Below are positions 49,114 to 59,341 of a stretch of 64,000 nt of DNA, in pieces. The notes beneath the pieces were generated by a model. It did no database searches. It was not told the DNA's origin and saw only the letters and a list, made by a program, of their open reading frames with translations. The DNA is from an uncultured Deinococcaceae bacterium (lineage in GTDB: Bacteria > Deinococcota > Deinococci > Deinococcales > Deinococcaceae). Position 1 is the first letter of the stretch; each line of letters opens with the position of its first letter. The stretch lies in the NCBI GenBank assembly GCA_964252075.1, contig CAXULY010000003.1:145469-209468 (forward strand), read 5' to 3'. A program made the translations under genes and the position numbers.

Positions 49114-50501
49114 AGGCCCGCCGGGAGCAGGTGGTGGCCGTCCAGGTCGTCGTACGGGAGGCCCAGCAGCTGCCCTGCGCCGTTCCAGCCGCCCAGCAGG
49201 CTGAGCGGCACGCCGCCCCCCGGGTGCACGGTGCCGCCCACCTGCACGATGTTGGTGTACGGCGGGAGGTCCCAGCCGGGCTTCAGGGCGCTCGTCAGGC
49301 TGTGCGGCGCCGCGCCGTACAGGGCGCCGCGCCAGCCGGTGCGGGCGTACACGGCGGGCGTGAGCGTCAGGTGCTCCCGCACGGGCAGCGGCAGGCGCTC
49401 CGCGAGGCGCGCCTGCAGGAACCGCGCGTACGCCTCCGGGTCCGGGGGCTGCTCGGGGTTGGCGGGCGCGTTCACGAGCAGGAAGGCCCGCTCGCCCATC
49501 ACGTGCACGTACAGGGTGGGGTCGCCCGGCAACCGGCCCGCGCGGATGTCGCGCCACTCCCGCGCGTACTCCTGCGGGAACAGCACGTGGTGCGCGTCCG
49601 GCAGGGCCTCCGAGAGCCGCAGTTGCAGCGCGAAGCCGCTGCTGCCGGGCCGCGCGCGGGTGGGCCGCAACCCGAGCCACGCCTGCGTGAAGCGGCGGTC
49701 GGCGGCGCTCACGAAGGCGTCCGCGCCGTACACGCCCTGCGAGGTGTGCGCCGCCAGCACGCGCCGCCCCCGCACGATGAGGCCCTCGACGCGCGCCTCG
49801 CTGAGGAGCGTCACGCCCATCTGCTCGGCGTGCGCGGCGAGCCGCACGGCGAGCGGCTCCAGGCCGCCCTGCAGGTGCCACACGCCGCCGCCCAGCTCCA
49901 CCCAGCTCACGTTGTGCAGCACGGCGGGCGCGCGGTACGGGTCGGCGCCCAGGTACGTCGCGAAGCGCAGCCAGAAGGGCGTGAGGTGCCGCCCCGAGCG
50001 CACGAGGCGCGCGAGGCGCTGCCCGGCGTGCGCGCTGCGCCCCCCGCGCGCCGCGTACCGCGCGAGGCGCAGCGGCGTGGGGGGCGGCCCGAACAGGAAG
50101 GTGTCCTGCGCGTCCTCGTACATGCGCCGCGCGGCGAGCAGCAGCGCGCGGTAGCGCGCGCCCTCCGCGCCGGAGAGCTGCGCGAGGGTGGGGTCTAGGC
50201 TGCCCGCCACCGCGAGCGCTTCGGGCGCGAAGGCGCGCCCGTCCGCCCAGCTGTACCGGGTGGTGGGCGAGGCGGGCGTCAGGGCGGGCTCCGGGAGGCC
50301 CAGGCGGGCGTGCAGCGCGCGGAACACGGCGGGCATGGTCACGACCGTGGGGCCGCTGGAGAAGTCCTCCCAGCCCAGCGCGGCCTTCCCGCCAGGGCGC
50401 GGGAGGGCCTCCACCAGGGTCACGCGCACGCCCGTCTGGCGCAGCCGCAGGGCCGCCGCGAGTCCCGCGAAGCCCGCCCCGATCACCATGACGTGCTGCA
50501 T
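49110..50501 (-). CDS. crtD: Phytoene desaturase family protein, probable 1-hydroxycarotenoid 3',4'-desaturase
   Basis: VIGAGFAG, GPTVVTMP, FATYLGADPY.AP, VGGTVHPGGGVP; operon context. Confidence 0.82.
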   Translation of the reverse strand: MQHVMVIGAGFAGLAAALRLRQTGVRVTLVEALPRPGGKAALGWEDFSSGPTVVTMPAVFRALHARLGLPEPALTPASPTTRYSWADGRAFAPEALAVAGSLDPTLAQLSGAEGARYRALLLAARRMYEDAQDTFLFGPPPTPLRLARYAARGGRSAHAGQRLARLVRSGRHLTPFWLRFATYLGADPYRAPAVLHNVSWVELGGGVWHLQGGLEPLAVRLAAHAEQMGVTLLSEARVEGLIVRGRRVLAAHTSQGVYGADAFVSAADRRFTQAWLGLRPTRARPGSSGFALQLRLSEALPDAHHVLFPQEYAREWRDIRAGRLPGDPTLYVHVMGERAFLLVNAPANPEQPPDPEAYARFLQARLAERLPLPVREHLTLTPAVYARTGWRGALYGAAPHSLTSALKPGWDLPPYTNIVQVGGTVHPGGGVPLSLLGGWNGAGQLLGLPYDDLDGHHLLPAGL

Positions 50502-50535
50502 CAGGCGGCGGGGGGGGTGGTGGGTGAGGTGTGCG

Positions 50536-51606
50536 TCATCGCTGGTAGGTTCTTCCCTTCCAGGTATAGCGCCCGCGCAGCGCCATGAGGTACACGGGCA
50601 GGGCCGCGAGCGGCAGCAGCGGCGTGAGCGCCACCTCCGCGAGGTCGCGCGGGCGGGTGCGTCCGGTCTTCGCGCGCACCAGCAGCGGCCCCAGCAGACC
50701 GAGCCCAATCAGCAGCGGCCGGCCCGCGAACCACGGCGCGCTGTACGCCGCGACGTGCAGCGCCCCCGTGAGGAGCATCAGCCAGCGCGAGCGGCCGTGC
50801 ACGTCCAGCACGCTCTTCCCGAAACCGCGCACGGCCTCGCCGTAACTGCTGTACATTCGCACGCCCAGCAGGTCCCCGCCCAGCGCAATGCCGAGCCGCC
50901 CGCCGCGCGCCTTGAAGCGCACCGCGAAGCGCACGTCCTCCAGCACTTCGCCCCGCACGAGCGCGTGCCCGCCCACGTGCGTGTACGCGTCTCGCTCGAA
51001 GAGCATCAGCTGGCCGTTGCCCGCCGCCATCGGCGCGAACGGCAGGCGCACGAAGGGGTGCGGCAGGCCCGAGAGCAGCAGGTCATCGATCATGGGGACC
51101 AGCAGCCGCTCACCCCAGGTGCCCGTCCGCTGGCGCGGCCACACCGTGAGCAGTTCCGCGCCCGTGCGGGCGCGCTCCGCGAGCAGCGCGTCCAGGGTGC
51201 CGGGCTGCCAGAACACGTCGGCGTCCGTGAAGACCAGCACATCCCCACAGGCGGCGCGCGCGAGTTGCTGGCACGCCCAGGGCTTGCCGTGCCAGCCGGG
51301 CGGCAGCGCCTCGCCGGTCAGCACGCGCGCGCCCAGTGCGCGCGCGACGTCCGCGGTGCCGTCGTCGGAGTGGTCGTCCAGCACCAGCACCTCGTCGGCG
51401 CCCTGCGCGAGCAGCGCGGGCAGCGTGAGCGGCAGGGTGCTGGCCTCGTTGCGGGCGGGCACCAAGATGGACACGCGCCCCACCCCGGCGGGGCGCGGCT
51501 GTCGGTGCAGCACCGGGAAGGCGTACAGGTTCAGGATCGCCACGCCCAGCTTCACCGTCAGGAAGCCGCGCACGGCGCGCCATACCCAGCGCCCCACGCG
51601 GCTCAC
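50536..51606 (-). CDS. GT2 glycosyltransferase, probable carotenoid glucosyltransferase (CruC-like)
   Basis: [42 protein letters not shown]. Confidence 0.88.
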   Translation of the reverse strand: MSRVGRWVWRAVRGFLTVKLGVAILNLYAFPVLHRQPRPAGVGRVSILVPARNEASTLPLTLPALLAQGADEVLVLDDHSDDGTADVARALGARVLTGEALPPGWHGKPWACQQLARAACGDVLVFTDADVFWQPGTLDALLAERARTGAELLTVWPRQRTGTWGERLLVPMIDDLLLSGLPHPFVRLPFAPMAAGNGQLMLFERDAYTHVGGHALVRGEVLEDVRFAVRFKARGGRLGIALGGDLLGVRMYSSYGEAVRGFGKSVLDVHGRSRWLMLLTGALHVAAYSAPWFAGRPLLIGLGLLGPLLVRAKTGRTRPRDLAEVALTPLLPLAALPVYLMALRGRYTWKGRTYQR

Positions 51607-52253
51607 GCGGCGTCCCCCGTGAGCCGCGCGAGCCAGCGGCTGAGGCCCACGAGGCGCTGGCTGTCGCTGCGCCGCCCCGCCGTGAGGCGCAGGTACCCCG
51701 CGACGGGCGCCTCGGGGTCGCTGTCCAGCAGGTCGCGGTCCAGCGCCGCGAGTTCCCGTGCGAGGGCAGCGGGCAGGGCCGCGCCCGTGACGGGCGCGCC
51801 CACCCGCAGGTACGCCTCGGGCCGCTGGGCGCCGCGCAGGGCCACGCGCAGCGCCACCGGCACCAGTGGCACGCCCGCCGTGCGCGCGAGCCACGCCGCG
51901 CCGGGCCGCAGGGGGCCGGGCGCACCAGCGGCCCGCAGTTCGCCCTCCGGGAAGACCACCAGCCACGCGCGGCGGGCGGCGCGGCGCGCGGCGCGCAGTT
52001 CGGTGGGGTCGAGGGCGCCCAGGCGGCGAAAGAAGGGGAAGGCGTCCAGCTGCCGCGCCGTCATCATGAGCGCGACGGGGTGACGTAGGTTCCAGGCGAG
52101 TTCCCCCATCAGGTAGCCGTCCCACCAGCTGTGGTGGTTGGGCGCCAGCACCGCGCCACCCGCGGGCGGCGCGCCGCGCAGCCACACGCCGCCCAGGCCC
52201 GCGCGCACGCTGCGGCGGATCAGGGTGCGGAAGGCGAGTGCAAGGAGATCCAC
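51603..52253 (-). CDS. Lysophospholipid-acyltransferase family protein, probable carotenoid glycoside acyltransferase (CruD-like)
   Basis: PNHHSWWDG and VFPEG motifs. Confidence 0.85.
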   Translation of the reverse strand: MDLLALAFRTLIRRSVRAGLGGVWLRGAPPAGGAVLAPNHHSWWDGYLMGELAWNLRHPVALMMTARQLDAFPFFRRLGALDPTELRAARRAARRAWLVVFPEGELRAAGAPGPLRPGAAWLARTAGVPLVPVALRVALRGAQRPEAYLRVGAPVTGAALPAALARELAALDRDLLDSDPEAPVAGYLRLTAGRRSDSQRLVGLSRWLARLTGDAA

Positions 52254-53857
52254 GCCGCACCTCCCATCGCGATCAGGGTGACGAGCGCCGCGAGTGGCTG
52301 CCCGAGCAGCAGCAGCCCGGCGGGCAGGAAGAAGCACTCGATCAGGTACGCGAGCCGCAGGTCCACGCCCACCGGGCCCAGCGTGGGGCGGACCGGGGCG
52401 GGGCGCGGGCGGGCGGGCGCGACCGGACCACCGCCGCCCGGCCCGCCCGCCGTGACGAGAATGGGCGCCGCGACGCGCGCGGTGGCGGGCGCGCCTTTGA
52501 GCCCGAAGAGGGCCGGCGCGAGACGCCCGAAGGCCCACACGAGGCCCGCACCCACCAGGAACCACGCGATGAAGTTCTGGATGGGGGCGCCCGCCCACAC
52601 CGCGAGCGGCGCGGGCGCCGTGGGGCGCGCCCACGCCTCGACCGTCACGCCGTTCAGGGCGGGCAGCGCGCGGCCCCAGGTCCAGAAGCCCTGCGCGGTC
52701 ATGAGGGGCTCCAGGCCCACGTCCCAGGCGACCAGCAGCAGGCCCGCCAGCCACGCGCGGCCGCGCGCCAGCACGCCCGCCGCGAGCGTCATGGCGAACC
52801 ACCCGAGCGGCACCAGCAGCGGCACGCCCAGCACCGTCGCGCCCGGCGGGCTGTACTGGTACGGCCCGAACGGGAAGCCCGTGCGGCTGCCCAGCACCTC
52901 CACCCCCAGGCCCACCGCGAGGGCGAGCGCGGCGAGCAGCGCGGCGCGCGCGCCCACCCGCTCCCACGCCCACAGCAGCGCGCCCAGCGCCAAAAACACC
53001 GTGGAGAAGGTGGCGAGCAGCGGGAAACCGGCGGGCCACAGCGGCACCGGGATCTTCAGGAGGGCGTAGAGGCCCACGCAGGCCATCCAGGGCCGCACGA
53101 CCCGCAGGCCGCGCTGCACGCGCCCGAGGGCCAGCGGGTGCCAGAACAGCATGAGGCCCGTCACGACCAGCAGGTTCGTGATGAGGAAGAACAGCATCTC
53201 CTCGGCGGGCAGCCCGAGGAGGTTCAGGCCGCTCGTGAAGCGCGCGGAGATGCTCCAGATGCCCTGGTGAATGGCGATCCAGTCGGTGAGCCACAGGTAC
53301 ACGGTGGGGGGCACGACCGCCCACCAGAAGGCGCGGGCGCGGGCCGCGATGAGGTCCCCGCCGAAGGCCCAGAGGCCCGCCATGACGGGGCACGCCCACG
53401 CCAGGATGAGGCCCAGGTAGAAGGTGGGTTCCGCGCGCAGGCACAGCACGCCCACGAAGGCCAGCAGCAGCCACGCCGCGCCCCCCGCCCAGCGCGTCCA
53501 GCCTGGGGCCGGCGGGGTGAGGGGGCCCGCGCGGCGCAGCCACACCATCAGCCACAGGCCCGTGATGAGGGTCTGCAGCACGAAGAAGGCGTACTCCTCG
53601 ACGGGCACGTACCCAATGCGGGCGAGCACCCGTTCCGGCGGGTACGTCCACACGCCGCGCGCGACGAGGTAGTTGTCCCACGGCGTGGTGTACGCGATGG
53701 GGATGAGCGGGAACAGCGCGTACCAGCGCCACACCCAGCGGGCGTCCGGCTGGTACGCGCCCACCACGGGCGCGCGGCGCGCGGCGCGCCACGTCAGGAG
53801 GGCCAGCAGCGCCAGCAGCGGCGCGATGAACACGAGGTGGTACTGCAGGTACGTCAC
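52220..53857 (-). CDS. Fusion of membrane-type lycopene cyclase (CrtYc/d) and CruF-like carotenoid 1,2-hydratase
   Basis: N-half [37 protein letters not shown]-half [40 protein letters not shown]. Confidence 0.85.
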   Translation of the reverse strand: MTYLQYHLVFIAPLLALLALLTWRAARRAPVVGAYQPDARWVWRWYALFPLIPIAYTTPWDNYLVARGVWTYPPERVLARIGYVPVEEYAFFVLQTLITGLWLMVWLRRAGPLTPPAPGWTRWAGGAAWLLLAFVGVLCLRAEPTFYLGLILAWACPVMAGLWAFGGDLIAARARAFWWAVVPPTVYLWLTDWIAIHQGIWSISARFTSGLNLLGLPAEEMLFFLITNLLVVTGLMLFWHPLALGRVQRGLRVVRPWMACVGLYALLKIPVPLWPAGFPLLATFSTVFLALGALLWAWERVGARAALLAALALAVGLGVEVLGSRTGFPFGPYQYSPPGATVLGVPLLVPLGWFAMTLAAGVLARGRAWLAGLLLVAWDVGLEPLMTAQGFWTWGRALPALNGVTVEAWARPTAPAPLAVWAGAPIQNFIAWFLVGAGLVWAFGRLAPALFGLKGAPATARVAAPILVTAGGPGGGGPVAPARPRPAPVRPTLGPVGVDLRLAYLIECFFLPAGLLLLGQPLAALVTLIAMGGAAWISLHSPSAP

Positions 53858-53982
53858 GCGCCGCGCTCCCATCCGGGTGCGCCTGCGGGTCGGGCGGGGG
53901 GCGCGGGGCGCGGAACCAAGGGCATCACCGCCCACTCTAAGCGCGCGGGCGGGCAAGTCGGTGTCATCGCGCGCAGTGCCGC

Positions 53983-54004
53983 GAAGCTTTAACGAATGTT
54001 TAAC
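53983..54004. promoter_or_regulatory. Tandem 11-bp direct repeat GAAGCTTTAAC/GAATGTTTAAC in the divergent promoter region of the carotenoid operon
   Basis: 9/11 identity, one helical turn apart, AT-rich in a GC-rich background. Confidence 0.5.
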
Positions 54005-54027
54005 CGGGCGGTCCGTACACTCCCCGC

Positions 54028-54294
54028 ATGACCCGCACGATCGCCAGCGCACTGTTCATTGAGGTGCAGTTCGAACCGACCAGCGGCATTAACGGCGTGG
54101 TCACCACCTCCCTGCACCCCGCCGTGGAGCCGGGCGAGAACGTGCGCGTGGGCTTCCAGGGGCCCATCACGGGGCTCTACACACTCACGCTCGATGGCCG
54201 CGAACTGTCCGCGCGGCTGGACCCCGCGTACGCCGTGAATGACCGCTTCGGGCACAGCCTGCGGTACATCCCGACCGGGAACGCCCTGGGCTGA
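54028..54294 (+). CDS. Hypothetical beta-rich protein
   Basis: 88 aa; TACACT 6 nt before ATG. Confidence 0.65.
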   Translation: MTRTIASALFIEVQFEPTSGINGVVTTSLHPAVEPGENVRVGFQGPITGLYTLTLDGRELSARLDPAYAVNDRFGHSLRYIPTGNALG

Positions 54295-54349
54295 TTTGTC
54301 CGGGCGCCAGGCGGCCCTGCGTGCCACACTGGGGCATGCTGGGTGACTC

Positions 54350-54532
54350 GTGAGGCGCCTTCCTGCGCGCACCGTCTTCATTCTGAGCCTCTCGCTGGCG
54401 CTGGTGTGCGTGCTGCTGGCGGTGTGGCTGTTCGTGCGCGGCCCGTGGTGGGTGGGGCTGCTGCTGCTCGCGCTGGGCGGGTGGTTCGGCGTGGACGCCT
54501 ACCGCGCCTGGACCTGGACGAAGGCGCCCTGA
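54350..54532 (+). CDS. Small two-TM membrane protein
   Basis: Two hydrophobic helices; 4 nt from the next gene. Confidence 0.6.
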   Translation: MRRLPARTVFILSLSLALVCVLLAVWLFVRGPWWVGLLLLALGGWFGVDAYRAWTWTKAP

Positions 54533-54536
54533 GCGC

Positions 54537-55367
54537 GTGGGCCTGCTGTGGCTGGCCCTGGACGGCGTCGGCCACCCGGCGGACGCCCCACCGGACGGCC
54601 CGTGGGCGCAGCCCCTCCCACACCTGAACGCACTGCTCGTGCAGGGCGCGGCGCTGGACGCCACGCTGGGCGTGCCGGGCCTCCCGCAGAGCGCCACCGG
54701 GCAGACCTGCTGGCTGACCGGCACGGACGCGGTGCGCGTGATGGGCGAGCATTACGGCCCGCAACCCGGCCCCACCCTGCGCGCCCTGCTGCTGGACGCG
54801 CTGCCCGCCCGGCTCACCCGCGCGGGCGGGCGGGCCGCACTGCTGAACCACTACCCGCCCGGGTACTTCACGCGGCGGCGCCCCACGCACGGCTGCTTCC
54901 CGCAGGCGTTCCTGGACGCGGGCCTGCCGCTCAACCCGCCGGACCTGCCGCTCACGCCCGTCACGCTGGGCCTGGACTTCACGGAGCCGTGGGTGGAGCG
55001 CGGCGCGCTGGACGAGCAGGCGCACTGGGGCGCACGGGTGGGGGCGGCGGCGCGGGCGCTGAACCTCACGGTGCTGGACCTGTGGTTCAGTGACCTGCTG
55101 GGGCACCAGGGCCGCACGCCCGTGCCGGAGGCGCTGCTCGCGGCGGGCCGCGCGTACCTGCGGCGACTGGACGCCCTGGTGGGGGGCGCGCTGGACGCCG
55201 GGGCGACGGTGGTGCTGACGAGCGACCACGGGAACTTCGAGGACCTGGGCGTGAAGGGGCACACCCTGGCGCGCGTGCCGTTCGCGGCGAGCGGGCTGGA
55301 CGCGAACGGCGTGACGGACATCGTGGGGGGCGGGCGCGCCATCGCGGGCTGGCTGGGCCTCAGCTGA
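54537..55367 (+). CDS. Alkaline-phosphatase-superfamily metalloenzyme (iPGM-like)
   Basis: [29 protein letters not shown] metal ligands. Confidence 0.85.
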   Translation: MGLLWLALDGVGHPADAPPDGPWAQPLPHLNALLVQGAALDATLGVPGLPQSATGQTCWLTGTDAVRVMGEHYGPQPGPTLRALLLDALPARLTRAGGRAALLNHYPPGYFTRRRPTHGCFPQAFLDAGLPLNPPDLPLTPVTLGLDFTEPWVERGALDEQAHWGARVGAAARALNLTVLDLWFSDLLGHQGRTPVPEALLAAGRAYLRRLDALVGGALDAGATVVLTSDHGNFEDLGVKGHTLARVPFAASGLDANGVTDIVGGGRAIAGWLGLS

Positions 55368-56478
55368 CGGTCACGTCGAGGTCGGTGGCGCCCAGGAACA
55401 CCCGGTGGCGCTCCAGTTCCGCGGTCAGGGCGCGCGTGAAGGCCGCCGTGTGCCGCTGCCCGGCGGTGGTGCCCACCTGCGCGGTCAGCGTGCCGCCCGC
55501 GACCTTCAGGTTCGCCCAGCCGACCGCGCGCTCGGCGTAAAAGAGCGGCAGCGCGTAGTACCCGAGCTGGCGTTTGGGGGCGGGCGTGTACGCCTCGAAG
55601 CGGTAGGTCCAGCCGTGCAGGTGCGCGAAGCGGCGGCGGTCCCACACCAGCGGGTCGAAGGGCGCGACCAGCCGCACCTCCCGCCGCACCTCGCCGGCGG
55701 GCGCCTCGTCCGGCGGCCACAGGTACGTGAGGCCGTCCACCCGGGCGCGCGTGAGTTCCTCGCGCACCACGGCCTTCATGGTGGCGCGCAGGGACGCGCG
55801 CAGGTGCCCGACGCCCCAGCCGCTGAGGCCCACGAGGTACCCCAGGCTGGCTTCCGGCAGCGGCGCGTACAGCCGCACCAGCAGGTGCACCAGCGCGCGC
55901 AGGCGCGCGGCCTCCGGCTGCGGCGCGGCGCGCAGGGCGTCCAGGTGATGGGCGGGCGCGTACAGGCGCACGCCGTTCACGCGGCGCGACACGCGCAGCA
56001 GGCCCTGGTGGTGCAGGGCGTCCAGCGCGCGGGTGCTGGCGCTGGACTGCCCGCCCCAGGCGTTCGTGATGTTCCCCGACCCGAAGTGCGCCTGCACCTC
56101 GCGCGGGTGCGCCTCGCCGCGCGCGCGCACGAAGTCCAGCACCTGCGCGCTGAGGCCCGGCGCGTGCTGCTCCACGCGCAGCGCCCCCACCTCGCGCGGG
56201 TGCATGAGCGCCTGCACCTCGCGCGGGAAGAACCCGTAGTTGGGCAGGTAGTCCTCCTCCACGTTCAGCTCCGGGTAGCGGCGCTCCAGGTCGCCCGCGC
56301 GGTAGGCGCGCACGCGCTGCATCAGGATCAGGTCCTGCGCGCGGGCGGGCGCGCGGATGGGGTCGGCCTGCACGAAGCCCAGGCAGTCCAGCGCGGCCTG
56401 CAGGCTGCCGCGCGGGCCCAGCGTGCGCGCCAGAGCGTGCGCGCGCAGGTCGGCGGGCGTCACCACGGGATCGGACAT
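55360..56478 (-). CDS. YcaQ/AlkZ-like (HTH_42) DNA glycosylase
   Basis: LGFVQADPI (QxD), [30 protein letters not shown]; promoter TTGCCG-17-TATGCT. Confidence 0.9.
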   Translation of the reverse strand: MSDPVVTPADLRAHALARTLGPRGSLQAALDCLGFVQADPIRAPARAQDLILMQRVRAYRAGDLERRYPELNVEEDYLPNYGFFPREVQALMHPREVGALRVEQHAPGLSAQVLDFVRARGEAHPREVQAHFGSGNITNAWGGQSSASTRALDALHHQGLLRVSRRVNGVRLYAPAHHLDALRAAPQPEAARLRALVHLLVRLYAPLPEASLGYLVGLSGWGVGHLRASLRATMKAVVREELTRARVDGLTYLWPPDEAPAGEVRREVRLVAPFDPLVWDRRRFAHLHGWTYRFEAYTPAPKRQLGYYALPLFYAERAVGWANLKVAGGTLTAQVGTTAGQRHTAAFTRALTAELERHRVFLGATDLDVTVS

Positions 56479-56646
56479 GCCCGCAGCATAACGGTCGGGA
56501 GGAATCTCGGCAAAGGCGGAATAAGCCGGGCGGCGCGGGCGGCGTGGTGGCCGCTCAATCGCCGTGAAGCGGCCCCTCACCCGCGTCCGGGCGCGGCGGT
56601 CCTAGTCTGAACCCAGGTCGGGCGCGCGCCCACCAAAGGAGCCCGC

Positions 56647-57135
56647 ATGACCGGGATGACGAACCCCCACCCGGACGCCCCTGCCGCTGCGCCTGCGCGC
56701 GTGCAGGTCGCGTCGTACGCCACCCACGCCGAGGCGCAGCGGGCGGTGGGTGTCCTCGCCGACCGGAAGTTCGCGGCGGAGGGCCTCGCCATCGTGGCGG
56801 AGGGCCTGACGCTGGTGGAGCAGGGGACGGGGCGCCTCACCTGGGGTCGGGCGCTCAGCGGCGGCCTGCTGAGTGGCGCGGTCACGGGCGTGTTCGTGGG
56901 CCTGCTGTTCGGGCTGTTCTCGCTGAGCAGCGTGGCGGTGGCGTCGCTGCTGCTGTACGGCCTCGTGGCGGGCGCCGTGATTGGGGCGCTGTGGGCGCTG
57001 GTGGCCTACGGGCTGTCGGGCGGGCGGCGGGACTTCACGTCGGTGGGCGGCCTGCAGGCCGACCGGTACAGCGTGATGGCCGATCCAGCCCTCGCGCCTG
57101 AGGCGCAGCGCCTGCTCGCGTCCCTGCCGCGCTGA
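56647..57135 (+). CDS. General stress protein (YflT/17M-like domain) with TM hairpin
   Basis: VASYATHAEAQRAV..LAD..F....LAIV; RRDFTS; SD AAAGGAG. Confidence 0.8.
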   Translation: MTGMTNPHPDAPAAAPARVQVASYATHAEAQRAVGVLADRKFAAEGLAIVAEGLTLVEQGTGRLTWGRALSGGLLSGAVTGVFVGLLFGLFSLSSVAVASLLLYGLVAGAVIGALWALVAYGLSGGRRDFTSVGGLQADRYSVMADPALAPEAQRLLASLPR

Positions 57136-57141
57136 ACGCGG

Positions 57142-57336
57142 TCAGGCGGGGCCTTCCGCACACGCGGGCGTGGGGCGGTCGAGGTGCGCGGCGAGCGCGC
57201 GCAAGGCGCGGGCGAGCCGCGGCCCCCAGCGCAGGTGCGGCGCGCGGGGCCGCCGCAGGTGACGGTCACGTTCGGCCTCGCTCAGCATGGACGCGATGCG
57301 TTCGTAGATCAGGCGTTCGTGGGTGGACCAGTGCAT
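57142..57336 (-). CDS. Small basic hypothetical protein
   Basis: SD AGGAGGAG; 64 aa with LARALRALAAHLD helix. Confidence 0.65.
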   Translation of the reverse strand: MHWSTHERLIYERIASMLSEAERDRHLRRPRAPHLRWGPRLARALRALAAHLDRPTPACAEGPA

Positions 57337-57385
57337 GGTGCTCCTCCTGCCCGCACCCTAGGCGGAACGCACGAGCCCATCCACC

Positions 57386-57405
57386 CATTCGGTGATGGCC
57401 GAATG
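57386..57405. promoter_or_regulatory. Palindrome CATTCGG-N6-CCGAATG; candidate operator of the adjacent ArsR-type regulator
   Basis: Perfect 7-bp arms between divergent genes. Confidence 0.65.
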
Positions 57406-57441
57406 CGTCGCGCGCGCGGGGGTGGAGCGGTACAACAGGGC

Positions 57442-58470
57442 ATGGCCGTCGTCTGCCTGAACTTCAGCACCCTGGACCTCACGCGGACGCGCTTCGCCTT
57501 CAGTCCGCTGTGGGAGGCCGTCATGAGCTTCCGCGCGCGGCGCGACCCGGCCCGCTTCGCCATCCACCTCCCGTGGCTGCGCGAGAGCAGCGAGGCGCTC
57601 TCCACCCTGGACCTGCGGCCCCTGGAGGCGCTCGTGCGCCCGCACGGGTACATCCCGGACTTCCTCACGCCGCCGCCCCTCACGCCCCTGCCGGACATCA
57701 CTGCGGAACTGGCCGTGCTGCGCGCCACGGACGCCGCGCTGGTGCAGCGCGAGGTGCGGCGCACCTGGGCGGACGGCACGGACCTCCCGCCCGGCGCGCG
57801 GCGCTACCTCACGCACCCGGACGCGGCGCTCGCGGAACTTGCGGACACCCTGCAGGCGTACTGGGACCGCGCGCTCGCCGCCCACTGGCCGCGCCTGCGC
57901 GCCATGCTGGAGCACGACCTGCTCACGCGCGCCCGGCGCCTCGCCCTGCACGGCCCGGAAGGGGTGTTCCGGGACCTCAGCCCGCTGCTGCACTTCAACG
58001 ACGGCGTGCTGGAACTGCACGACTCGCTGTGCTGCCACGCGGGGCGCCTGCTGGACCTCTCCGGGCGCGGCCTGCTGCTGATGCCCTCGGCGTTCGTGTG
58101 GCCCGCCTTCAGCACCATCCTCGACCCGGCGTGGCAGCCCACGCTGGCGTACACCCCGCGCGGCGTCGCGACCCTGTGGGACGACACGCCGCCGCAGGCG
58201 GGCGCCGCGCTGCCGCTGCTGCTCGGGCGGGGGCGCGCGGAGGTGCTGCTGAGCGTCCGCACACCCAGCTCCACGCTGGACCTCGCGCGGCGCCTGCACC
58301 TCGCGCCCAGCAGCGTCTCCGAGCACCTGAGCGTGCTGCGTCAGGGCGGGCTGGTGGAGGCGCACCGCCAGGGCCGCATCGTCGCGTACGGCCTGACCCC
58401 CACCGGCGGTCAGCTGCTGGAACTGCTCGGCGCGGTGACGCCCGAGCAGCAGGCGCTCCTGGCCCTGTAA
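57442..58470 (+). CDS. ArsR-family regulator with DUF5937-like N-terminal domain
   Basis: [27 protein letters not shown]-terminal [18 protein letters not shown]. Confidence 0.88.
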   Translation: MAVVCLNFSTLDLTRTRFAFSPLWEAVMSFRARRDPARFAIHLPWLRESSEALSTLDLRPLEALVRPHGYIPDFLTPPPLTPLPDITAELAVLRATDAALVQREVRRTWADGTDLPPGARRYLTHPDAALAELADTLQAYWDRALAAHWPRLRAMLEHDLLTRARRLALHGPEGVFRDLSPLLHFNDGVLELHDSLCCHAGRLLDLSGRGLLLMPSAFVWPAFSTILDPAWQPTLAYTPRGVATLWDDTPPQAGAALPLLLGRGRAEVLLSVRTPSSTLDLARRLHLAPSSVSEHLSVLRQGGLVEAHRQGRIVAYGLTPTGGQLLELLGAVTPEQQALLAL

Positions 58471-58517
58471 GGACGGGGCGCGCACGCGCGGCCGCGCCGC
58501 CCCTTAAGATGAACCGC

Positions 58518-59099
58518 ATGCAAGCGCTCGCTGACGCCATCCGCGCCCACGGGACGGTCCTGCCCGGAGGCATCCTGAAGGTGGACGGCCTCGTGAACCA
58601 CCAGTTGCTGCCGCACCTCACGCGCGAGATGGGCCGCGCCTTCGCCGCGAGCTTCGCGCCCCTGCACCCCAGCAAGGTGCTGACCGTGGAGGTGAGCGGC
58701 ATCGCGCCCGCCCTCATGACCGCCGTGGAACTCGGCGTGCCGATGGTGTACGCCCGCAAGAAACGCCCCATCACCATGACCGCCGAGCCCTTCACGGCGA
58801 GCAGCGTGAGCCGCACCAAGGGCGGCGTGGTGGACCTGTACGTGAGCGGCGAGTACCTGGGGCCGGGCGACCGCGTGGTGGTGATCGACGACTTCCTGGC
58901 GTCGGGCGGCACGCTGCGCGCGCTGTCCAGCATCATCACGCAGAGCGGCGCGACGCTGCTCGGCATCGGCTGCGTGGTGGAGAAGGCCTTCGAGCGCGGG
59001 CGGGAGAAACTCGCGGACCTGCAGGTGCCCATCCGCACCCTGGCGGTCGTGGAGCGCATGGGCGAGGAGGAGGGCATCGTGGTGGGTCCGGGCCGCTGA
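58518..59099 (+). CDS. xpt: Xanthine phosphoribosyltransferase
   Basis: [37 protein letters not shown] motif. Confidence 0.93.
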   Translation: MQALADAIRAHGTVLPGGILKVDGLVNHQLLPHLTREMGRAFAASFAPLHPSKVLTVEVSGIAPALMTAVELGVPMVYARKKRPITMTAEPFTASSVSRTKGGVVDLYVSGEYLGPGDRVVVIDDFLASGGTLRALSSIITQSGATLLGIGCVVEKAFERGREKLADLQVPIRTLAVVERMGEEEGIVVGPGR

Positions 59100-59341
59100 A
59101 CGATCAGGTGAAGTTTCTTAAACCTGAGAAAATACTGCTTGCCCTGCACCCCACTGCGATTCGTCCGACACGCGGCCCAGCCGTCCTTCACCTCATTTTC
59201 ATGTCGCACACCTTAAGCACCCTGAGCTTTTGTTAGGGTGCAGTCCTGGAGCAGCAGGACAACCTCCGGCAGACCCACCACCATGGGGACTGCCGCGGCT
59301 TTTGTGACCCCTTGCGGCCCGGACACCAGGAGGAACGCGGC

